This document shows positions 1-10,000 of a stretch of DNA of 64,000 nt, piece after piece. The position numbers were made by a program, and so were the translations under genes. The number at the start of each line of letters is the position of its first letter. Positions within the stretch are counted from its first letter, which is position 1. The DNA is from Antedon mediterranea (taxonomy: Eukaryota; Animalia; Echinodermata), in contig NC_092679.1 in assembly GCF_964355755.1 (NCBI RefSeq), positions 5,114,201 to 5,178,200 of the forward strand, in the 5' to 3' direction. The notes beneath the pieces were generated by a model that had not been told where the DNA came from, did not search any database, and was given only the letters and a program-made list of their open reading frames with translations.

Positions 1-455
1 CATTTCGCACCATATAATTTGTGTACAGCAAAGTCGAAATAATTAATAAGTATAATTAATCATTTTACACGGTTAACTGTCCTAACCGGTGTAGCGTTTA
101 TTTAGATAGCAACGGGAGTCTAAAACTAAGTAGTCCTATTCGACAATGAATTGTATTGATTTTGTTTATAATCGATATAAGAAAACCTTGTCATGATCTT
201 TTGTCAGCCGATTGTATTGTCAACAACCTCCAAAGCAATAGTTACATTGTTATTAATTGAACAGACCAATATTAAGACGATTAGACATTTAGTGTATGGT
301 AATTACGATATGTCCATGTGGGGATATACTGTACAATAACTGCAACAGGTTCATTTGATGATTCCGCAACAATGAAGGGGCAGCAATGGAAGGCTTGAAG
401 GACCAGTTTAAAGAAATAAGAACGGTCAGCCACGGATAAAGCTGACGTAAACTAA

Positions 456-637
456 AGTGTGGTTCCCACTAGCGACGCAACGCAAGGACGTAACGCAACG
501 CAAGTGAATTGACCAATCACAAGAAGCGAAGGCTTATTCGCTTGTGATTACTAACTGTCTATAACTTCGCTTGTCATTGGTCAACACGCTTACGTTGCGT
601 TTACGTCCTTGCGTTACGTTCTAGTGGGAACCAAGCT
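456..637 (+). mobile_element. MITE family A (PIF/Harbinger-like non-autonomous element), complete copy
   Basis: TIRs AGTGTGGTTCCCACTAG...CTAGTGGGAACCAAGCT, TAA on both flanks (453-455, 638-640), near-palindromic body; several homologous copies in the window. Confidence 0.85.
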
Positions 638-640
638 TAA

Positions 641-720
641 AGACGTAAGAACACACCCAAGGACGTACGCCCAACACCAGTAATTTGACCACTCACAAGC
701 CGACAGTGGAACCAAGTTTT
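641..720. mobile_element. Degenerate partial MITE family A copy
   Basis: Contains ggacgtacgc, ttgacc..tcacaagc and gtggaaccaag segments of family A. Confidence 0.55.
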
Positions 721-819
721 TAGATACCTGATTTGAGCGTTTGTTTGTTTGTAATATATATTGCTATCCATAATATAATATATTATAATTTGAAATTAAC
801 AAAATCATACAGAAACTAA

Positions 820-1009
820 AGCGTGGTTCCCACTAGCGACGCAACGTAACGAAATCTACGCAACGTAAGCAAATGCCCTTCTACTAATTGTGTTTTCCCC
901 CGCCTGCGTGAAATCAAACCTATTGCGTCGTCGGTTCCCACTTGTGATTACGTAATACAGTACTTTACGTCGATACGTCGCTGCGTTGCGTTCTAGTGGG
1001 AACCACGCT
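820..1009. mobile_element. MITE sharing family A TIRs but with a different internal sequence
   Basis: Perfect 17-bp TIR AGCGTGGTTCCCACTAG / CTAGTGGGAACCACGCT, flanked by TAA and TTA. Confidence 0.8.
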
Positions 1010-1143
1010 TTAATAATTATACATTTATGGTATAGGAGTTGATAACCCTTTAAGCAACATAAAATATCATACGAGTATTTCTTATACTCAATTTCATTAA
1101 TTATAAACGGAAGTGATTCGAGAGTGTTAAATAATTGTATAAT

Positions 1144-1175
1144 CATGGACCTATAAACTAATTTATAGGTCCATG
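1144..1175. repeat. Perfect short inverted repeat (14-bp arms, 4-nt loop)
   Basis: CATGGACCTATAAA-ctaa-TTTATAGGTCCATG. Confidence 0.85.
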
Positions 1176-1181
1176 GTATAA

Positions 1182-1342
1182 AGCTTTATCTACACTATCA
1201 AACTTTATGTGTCAAAAAAATGTGATGTGCCCATATATGGACATGATGATGTCATATCACTACCATATTTAAGCATAGCACTACCATATATAGGCACATC
1301 AAACTTTTTTGACACATAAAGTTTGATAGTGTATACAAGGCT
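1182..1342. mobile_element. MITE family B (TWA target, Harbinger-like)
   Basis: Long inverted arms (tacactatcaaactttatgtgtcaaaaaa / ttttttgacacataaagtttgatagtgta), TAA on both sides; second copy at 46112-46266. Confidence 0.85.
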
Positions 1343-1364
1343 TAATATACATTATACTTCTTGA

Positions 1365-1560
1365 AGCTTGGTTCCCACTAGAACGTAACGCAAGGACGTA
1401 AACGCAACGCAAGCGTTTTAACCAATGACAAGCGAAGTTATAGACAGTTAGCAATCACAAGCGAATAAGCCATCGCTTGTGAATAAGCCATCGCTTGTGA
1501 TTGGTCAATTCACTTGCGTTGCGTACGTCCTTGTGTTGCGTCGCTAGTGGGAACCACGCT
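1365..1560 (-). mobile_element. MITE family A, complete copy in opposite orientation to 456-637
   Basis: Reverse complement of the 456-637 copy; internal 18-bp duplication gaataagccatcgcttgt. Confidence 0.85.
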
Positions 1561-1732
1561 TAACATTCCAACATTTATAAATTATATGACCTAGTTAATG
1601 GATTTAGAAGTAACAGTATGTAGGCCTACTACTACGGATGCAATAGACGCCAGGACACACATTTTCTTTCTTAATGAAAAACACAAATTTAGGAAGCGAT
1701 AGATTAAAGAAATCTAACCGTTGTGAGCTTAC

Positions 1733-1858
1733 CCGTCTTCGGCGATAGCTGGTATCGTCACTTGCATTCGACGACGAAACACTGGAATTGGACAATTCGA
1801 TCGGGACGAAGATACTCTTACGGTGGACATGTTGAATAGGATTCAATCTACTTGGTTT
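1733..1858 (-). CDS. Putative internal coding exon (126 nt, phase 0-0) of an unidentified gene: KPSRLNPIQHVHRKSIFVPIELSNSSVSSSNASDDTSYRRRR
   Basis: Acceptor tgtttttcacAG at 1859+, donor CGG|GTAAGC at 1732, open frame, higher GC than flanks; joins 3951-4001 in frame. Confidence 0.6.
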
Positions 1859-1936
1859 CTGTGAAAAACAAAAGACAATCGGTAACCAATATAGTACTTC
1901 ATTGAATAATTTTGGAGCGAAATTAATTAAAAATGC

Positions 1937-2249
1937 AAATAATGATTATCGGATAAATGAAAACAATTATAAAAAAAACAGTTTTTTAAAGGTTTTTTAT
2001 TGTATTTAGGTGGATCATATTAGACAGATGGCTTTACATTTACCAAAAAAAAAAAAGATTACGTCATCCAACTCTATTAAAAATGAATTAACAAAACAAA
2101 TAATGATTGTCGGATAAATGATGAAAATTATTGTTCTTAAATGGTTTTATTGTTTTTTAGGTGGATTACATTAGACAGATGGCTTTACATTAACCCAAAA
2201 AAAAAAAAAAAAGATTACGTCATCCGACTCTATTAAAAATTAATTAACA
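1937..2249. repeat. Tandem duplication of about 155-160 bp upstream of the first tRNA
   Basis: aaataatgatt.tcggataaatga...tattagacagatggctttacatt...gattacgtcatcc.actctattaaaaat.aattaaca occurs twice. Confidence 0.8.
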
Positions 2250-2295
2250 TTTGTTTCTGACAGTAGAAAATAAAATCATTTTTTACCAGAGATAC

Positions 2296-2368
2296 GGCCG
2301 CGTGGCCCAACGGATAAGGCGTCCGACTTCGAATCGGAAGATTGTGGGTTCGAGTCCCATCGTGGTCA
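2296..2368 (+). tRNA. tRNA-Arg, anticodon TCG
   Basis: 73-nt cloverleaf: acceptor GGCCGCG/CGTGGTC, anticodon arm TCCGA-CTTCGAA-TCGGA, T arm GTGGG-TTCGAGT-CCCAT, followed by an oligo-T Pol III terminator. Confidence 0.93.
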
Positions 2369-3564
2369 ATTTTTTTTTAAATCTGGGTCAATAAATATTT
2401 TCGATTTAATTTTTAATAACTTCAGGTTCACGGTACTTATGCTTATCGTCGTCATTTCTATGGTATTAAAAAATGTTATTTTTTTCCATATTATAATAGA
2501 TCCATAGGTAAACAATAACAAAAAATAATGCCAAAGTGGAAATACAAATCTGCTTTTCCCCAAAAAAATTCACAGAAATCAGGGGAAACTAACAAAAATT
2601 GACAATAACAACACTTTTAACAAACGTTTTCAGTTTTGTTTAATACTGTATAATTAATACTATACTATAGTAGTAATGTACTACATTTTTATGTGTATTA
2701 AATCAAGACATAAATTATTTCCTGTTCCTGGAAAAACAAATAATACTTGCTGTAGTTTAGTTTTATAATAAAAGGAACGACATGGATAATTTAAACTCAA
2801 GCGGGAGTTTGAATGTAGAAAACAACACACTCTGACACTATAATCATAATAATACCCTTTACTTTATTTTACTTGCGATGTGAATCTTTGGAAAAATATG
2901 ATTATAGGCTTAGGCCTAACCTAGCTAGGCAGTTTATTTTTGTTTTTGTCCGTTTTCGTATCGTCTACAGCCATGGAACATAGTCTTAGGCCTGTGTTAC
3001 ACATACTACAGCGTACAGCTAGCACAGCCTTTTAGGCTAAGTAGGCTGAGTGTAGGCTTTAGTTACTGCTGGCTGCGGCACATAGCCTAATTCAAACTGT
3101 AAATGGTTGCTAATAAAATAAATATTATCTAACAAATCACATCAAGTATCTCTGTTTAAAGATGTCATGCTGCTGCTCGAGACTTCACTTAAGTTAAGCC
3201 TCAAAGACTTCAAATAAAATTGATTTTCACCTTTTTATAACCAGCAATTGAACGACTTTTGTTTTTGTTTACCTAGACTACACCGCCACCGACGGAACTC
3301 TAGCTATAGCTACTATTATGTCTATATACACGGTACGGGTACGTACGTATGTGTACACTGAGTATAGCTCTCTCAGTAGACTCTCGCAACTCAAGCCTAT
3401 GCTAGCTCGAACATAATGCAGTCAAAATAAATATCTTAGATGTTCTAGGCCCTAGTCTAAATTTAAAATACATTTAAATACAAAACATCATTAAAAACTA
3501 AATTAATTAAAACGAACAGTGTTTTAAAAATAATTACTCTGTCGTGGGCGATTTTAGTTATCAG

Positions 3565-3637
3565 GACCGCGTGGCCTAATGGATAAGGCGTCCGACTTCG
3601 AATCGGAAGATTGTGGGTTCGAGTCCCATCGTGGTCG
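3565..3637 (+). tRNA. tRNA-Arg, anticodon TCG
   Basis: 73-nt cloverleaf GACCGCGTGGCCTAATGGATAAGG...CGTGGTCG with canonical A and B boxes, TTTTT terminator at 3641. Confidence 0.96.
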
Positions 3638-3950
3638 TAATTTTTAAATTCTTTTTTTAAACTGCAGATTGGCATTATTAATCATTAACCATGCTGATAA
3701 ATCATTAATTTGGAATTTAATTATTAGTACCGTTGTTTTTTATTAGAGTGCTTATTCAACACTCCTTGCCACAGCACATTGTCATTACATTAGGCTAGGC
3801 CTACATTAAGGCTGTAATTATTCTGCGTTCGACGTGTTTTTCGGGCACAACACAGCTGTAGGTGTAGGCCTAGTAGTAGGCTAGGCCTACGTTAAATTTT
3901 AAAAATGTCTTACAAAATAATAAAAATGAGAAAATAATGAAACAACTCAC

Positions 3951-4001
3951 CTGCCTGAGAGACAATTCGGATGATTTGTCCTCTGCAGAATTAGATGACA
4001 T
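3951..4001 (-). CDS. Putative first coding exon (MSSNSAEDKSSELSLRQ) of the unidentified gene
   Basis: ATG at 4001, 17 codons, strong donor CAG|GTGAGT; promoter-like CpG-rich segment just upstream. Confidence 0.5.
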
Positions 4002-4119
4002 ATCTTCCTTTTCGATTGGTAAACCTTACCTCATTTTTAACAATAAAGGGTTTTCGATTTCCATAAAAGATTACTTACTTTTGTTAATTCTGTTTGTTGC
4101 TAAGACGTTGCTAATAATA

Positions 4120-4230
4120 ATGTGCGTAGTTTAAGATTACGCACTTCCGATGCGCGCATCCCATAGTAAGAGATCGGAAATTACGTAATCGACATATGAA
4201 TACGCACGTAAATTAAACGCGCATAGTTTA
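4120..4230 (-). promoter_or_regulatory. Candidate promoter of the minus-strand gene
   Basis: CpG-rich patch with ETS-like CACTTCCG, NRF1-like TGCGCGCA and bZIP-like TTACGTAA motifs directly 5' of the putative first exon. Confidence 0.45.
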
Positions 4231-6494
4231 TTATAAAGAAAACCAAGCGTTAATGATGATGATAATGACTTTAGACAGTATAATTTATACTATAAATAAA
4301 AATGGAGTGAAAAAATAAAATGGAGAAAGAAAACAAACCAAAGTAGTATTATTTTTAATTGATAGCGTTATCTTCTGATAAGTTCTACGTCTTAAGTACA
4401 TAACTTGAGGCTAGCCTCTACCCCTCAAATTTGACCTAAAACATTTTGTTTCACTATGATGATCGATGTTAGTACCAAGTATATGAATCCTCTAACGGAC
4501 AATTTTTAACTTTTTTTTCACTCAGGGGTTCGGGGCGGGTATATGCTAACCAAGACGCTTGAAAGTGAGTGTGACCGACTACCCTACCAATAGTATCTTT
4601 AAAATAGGAACACAACGTTTTTATGTTTGCAGGAAAAATTAAATAATATAAAAATAAGATTACTTGTTTAAATATTACATACTAACTTTACCATTACTTT
4701 ATTTTTGGTTTTTAAGAATAGGCCTACATGATTTACGATGACAACATCAATTTGAATTTTAATGAGTTGGAATATTGTTATTTCTTTTCACATGGATTAT
4801 GATATCGTTATTTTGACAATTATTTTAACGACTTGTAGATCAGTTCTTTAACAACCTCGGGCCAAGGCATCTCTTAATCCGAAATTACTGCCCAGAATGT
4901 CTCGAGAAAACGAAAAGAGTTTAACCGAATAATAGGATTATATGATTTATGGATGCCATAACAATTTGGTTTTGAATTCAATACGATTTAATACCAATTT
5001 TTTTAAGCCTTTCATCTCAACACTATTGACATACATTGGACAATTAAAACGAGTTTGTAGATAGGGAAAGAAAAGTGACGAAAGTAAGGTTGTTTCACGC
5101 CATTGTTGCCCATCTTATCCAATTAAACGACCTAATTAGTTTGGAGAAAAAACAATATACGATAAATCATTTGATGTATTTCCTTACTTCTCGGCACATT
5201 TACTGACAATGCCCCAACGTTTATATGTTTAATAATTTATCGCCTGGAATTAACCAATCTGTGGCATATGTGTTTATGTTGGCGAAATATTAAGACGTGT
5301 AATTTGTATGATTAGTTTTAAATCACGATTTCTGAACTAGTTCATCGAAAAACAATTATGTTTAGTCGTTTACTACTTAACTTTCATTTCAGTAGGCTTT
5401 ATTTTATTGATAATAAACGTTAATTCGTTGTACTTGTAGAGGCGTTTAATATTCCCCCGATCCTATAATTTATACTTTATGTATAATGATTTAAAATGGT
5501 CTTTATTAAAGCTATTTACAAAATGGGTATTGATACAGTGATTTAGGTCAACACTTTAAATCAAATACAACAAGATTGAATATTGTTGAAAAAGCATACA
5601 TTAATTAATTAAAAAGGTGTATATTATAGTTAAATCGAGTAATTGTTGTTCAAAATGTTTCCATGAAGGTGAATGTGCTCCGATAATAAAATAAACAGTA
5701 TAATATTATTCAGTTAACCAATTTAGTAGATCTAAATTTTCGTTTCGCTATTGAATGCCGAGTTACGAAAGTTTTTGTTAAAAAAAATATTCAAAACTTT
5801 TAAAGGGCATATGACAAGTACTCCCCAAATTAAATAACTGACCCAGATAAAATGATAAGTCAAGATCATCAGCTGCTTAAAAATCAACGCAAAATTACCG
5901 GTGGCACCAATTAAAAGACGAAACCCCAGGACCAATTGCGGTCCGCCTAGGACATTCTGGACCGCCATTATTTAAATTTGATTGGCTGACGTGTCTGCGT
6001 AATTAATCAGAAATGATGTATAGAGATGTTAGTGTCCTAGGCTCTAGGTCAACCCCAGATTCGTTGTGACATTTCGAGGGGCAGTGAATGTAGCGGATAC
6101 GAGCTAGGAGAGGTTATTTGTGGGGGTCGTTTAGCGTCATTGTAACGGAACTTAGCAATGTGACATTGAGCAGACAAACTAATATTGACATTTGGGATAT
6201 GTTATTAACTCCTTTGGGTCGTTTTAATTAATTTACGCAACAGAAATAAGCAACAGTGTGAATGTTTCAGTTTTCCTGCAACTTAGGAAGATAAACTTCA
6301 AGTTTATTTTGCATACATACAAACTTCTGTGACATAACTTTCAAGTGCATGCTCAAAAATATGAAAAATGGTTCAACAAAAAGTGCGTTCCCATTCCTCA
6401 ACCAAGACAAATAAGTGAAACTTAAATTTAGTTAATTTTGGAAGAATTATGGTAGGCATAGGCCCAACACCCTGTCTTGATTAGATCCCTTCAA

Positions 6495-7075
6495 AATTCA
6501 ATTCACATTTATTCAGCAATATAAATACAGTTACATTACAGTTTTGTCTGTAGTCGTAAGACCCTTTAGAAAAAAAACCAAATATTATCAGAAGGAGTAA
6601 AAAAAACATGAAAAAGGGGTTTTAAAGGTACAAGTTGAAATAAAAGATAAAAAAACAAAAGTATAAATGCATACAATATAAAACTAACCAATATATGTGA
6701 CGTGTACACGCACACACATCACACCACGCATAATATGTATAAATATTTATGAGTGAAGCATTTTCAGTACTGTAATTCGATAAAATTGTTGTATTATTTT
6801 TTTATATATTTTTTTTAAACAATATCTGGGTCATTTCTACAGTGCTCGTTCCATAGTTTCGGTCCATGTATACTGATAAAATATTGATCAGACGTTAACC
6901 TAGAGTATGGTTGTTCTATGTTACCGGTACTAATATTTCCAAGATCATGGATACTATTTTCGTTTCTTTTGAATATTATTTGGATTCTTCTGGGTAAAAC
7001 TTCTAATCTGGGCCATGAAACCTCTGTTGATATGGTATATTCAATTGCTTAAACAATAGCTCAGAATGTTGCCAT
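6495..7075 (-). mobile_element. Degenerate 3' end of a CR1/L2-group LINE
   Basis: Minus strand encodes FISIHGPKLWN (typical ORF2 C-terminal motif) near 6850-6882 and ends in AATAAA plus a short tgaat-repeat tail. Confidence 0.5.
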
Positions 7076-10000
7076 GGCTTTTAAATAAAATAATTCTAGT
7101 AGGTTTTAAGTTTTAAGTATACTGTACTTCCCTAAATGTTGTTTTTTTAGAGAGGTAAACTATTATTATGTCTTGCCTCCCATTGCATGCTACTTGTATT
7201 GTTTTTTAACGCAATAACATAAATTTACGGTACACTTATTATTATTATTATTATTTTTTAAACTACACAAAAATGTTCAATTTATTTTTCCATTAATTTT
7301 CTTGCTACTACAAAATTATCGTTAGTTAAAGTAACTGTTAGAACAGAGTGAGTATCAAATTACAAAGCTGTACATTACAACTCCCAATACAGCCTGCTCC
7401 AGTAATTTAATTTTAAATTGTTTCAGATTATGTAAGCCGACAAATGTAACATTTTATGTATCTTCAGAGAGCGGCCTTCCTTATTATATAATCAGATTAA
7501 CCTACAGGCCTTATATATTGAGGTTACGCATTCACATTATATTAACGCGTTTATAATAAAAACAATGTCTGAGATAGCTGAAGAAATTATTTCATTATGA
7601 CCGATAGAATTTAGGTTTCCGCTTTTCATTGACATTTTGTTCGAATTACGGGTTTTCTGGGTGAAGCTGTTGAAAGAATGTCCAAGAATACGACTATGTC
7701 TACTCTAATCATTGTAAAGTTGGTGAGATCGGGCAACTTCCTTATTTGGCGTGTAGGCCCTCGTTTTAACAGGCAACATTTTTAATTTCATTAGCATTTT
7801 CAGTGAGAAAATGTCACTTATGTTCTTTAATCAGAATTGTACATAATTAAGCATACTACGTCATCAAATAAAGGTTTTTTTTGTGAATCATTTGAACTTT
7901 GGGATTTCTGTTTGTGAAACAATTTTTTTTTTGTGTATAGAAATAGAAAAAATTCAATAAAGCAACATATAATAACGAAAGAACAAAATACACATACACG
8001 GACTATGCAATGAACGGAATCAGTACATAAATATTTTTTTTTTGTCGCTAATTTAAAAAATATATATTTGTCTACAGGTGTACCTTTTAAATCTATCTTG
8101 TTATTTTTTTTCACGAATTTAGTATATATACACCTTTATTTAACGAAATATAAAAAGGGGCCTATATTTTTTTTTCTTACGTCGGTGATCATGTTTTACT
8201 TTAAATAATAAAACTTAACTTTAATAGAACTTCTGATTGGATATGCGCCCTCTATTGACAAGAACGAAACAAATCTCGTTATAAACGTTCTCATGTGTGC
8301 AAAATGTTGAGCGTTAAAGCAAATCTATATCATCATTAAAAAATAAATTAAAAGTAATAACTATTGCATGTGTTGTCGCTTCAAGAGTATAAACCAATTA
8401 ACTATTTCCAAATAGAGAGTTTTAGGGCGAGGCTGATAAGCGAAAAAAAAACCACAAAGAAAAATTAATCAACTTTGAACTTTAACGAAATTATTCATAA
8501 AATTGGTCAATCTAGGCGAGGATATCGTTTGCATAATAACGACACACAAATTATGAATACATAACGGTAAAATGAGGCCACAACATTACATGGCCTGGAT
8601 TTATGTGCAAGGTGATTGATACACTTGCGATACGTAAGGAGTGTCTCATCCGCCTTTGCACTCAACCTAGATAAGAAATCTCTAGCCTCGTATATAAATG
8701 TAACGAATGGTCCTATTTATTTGAACCGGTCGCATCTTTAGAGCCAGCCAAATGTCACAACTCAGAAATTTACGACATAGCCTGGATAGAGCAATCGAAA
8801 TTCGTCAACAGTTCTATATACTTTTTACTATCCTACTGGAATGTGTTATACATGTTTGTCTTCTGGCCTATAATTCGAATAAATCAATGGATCTCTTACA
8901 CTTACACATTTTAGGTGACTTCACATTAGTTTGAGATCATCCCTTACCCTATATTGTTCATGGATATGGTAAATTCGTTATAATACTGAAAGCCGTGTCC
9001 ATGCTTCTCCCTCCCTTTATCTGCCGAGGACCATTATGTATTACCACATAAGTTTAAATATATAGTTTATAATATCACTGTATATCTACTTCATCAGATA
9101 CGTTGAAGTAACCATATTCTGGGATATAAGTGGTTCATAAGAACCCAATTTCACACACACACACACACAAACATTCAATACCTTAAAAACGTTTGTTTAA
9201 ATTTGTTGGTAAAGTTTTATTTCGATGAAATTATTTTGGAAAATGTTTACTTGAATCTCTTCAAGACTAAACTAAAATTTCTAAATTATTTCTTCCTATT
9301 ATATAATATTTCTTTTCTTTTAAATTCCGTAATAAACTTTTACTTTTTTCCTTTTGGTGAGTTTTTCCAAAGTTGAAATTAAAAAATCTGATTTTGTTAG
9401 TAAAACAGTTTTTTTTCAAATCATGTTTTTGTTTTTGTTTTTACATTGCCTTGTAAAAATGAACGACGGTGCGTCTTATAAACGTGTGCCGCTGATACAA
9501 AAGCGTTTGTTTATTAAATTGATCTATCTTATCTAGTCCTATGATTATTTTTATTTGGATGTTTCTAGAAATAATTTCGGTTTTGTTTGTTGTTTGTGTT
9601 TGTTTTACGTAAATTCAAAATAATTCCAAAATAATTTCGTTTAGTTTTCGTTGAGCATTTGTTAACAGTTTTGAATTTAACAATATGAATACAAATGTAT
9701 ATGTGAATGAAAATGATGATAATAATCCTACTAGATGAGTTTAATAAGAACTTTTCTAATGTTTAACCTTGTTTATTAATTGAATTATGTAATGTGTGCA
9801 CTGGGTCCAAGTTTTAATTAAAATCAAAAGATTATAATTGTTAACTGAATCAACGCTATAGAAAATAACATGCATGTATAATATTTATATTAAGAGTGTG
9901 AATGTGTATTTGAATTTATTTTGTTGCAACGAAGACTAGTACAGTATAACTGTAACGTGTATCAGATTCTAGAAATTGTATTGGTCCACTTTACATAGAC

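Noticed and set aside
345-445. Short GC-richer stretch that could be an exon
   Set aside because: No frame on either strand gives a convincing acceptor, donor and peptide together.
856-1146. 96-aa ORF
   Set aside because: Runs through a MITE; no coding signal.
3463-3675. 70-aa ORF
   Set aside because: Antisense read-through of the tRNA-Arg gene.
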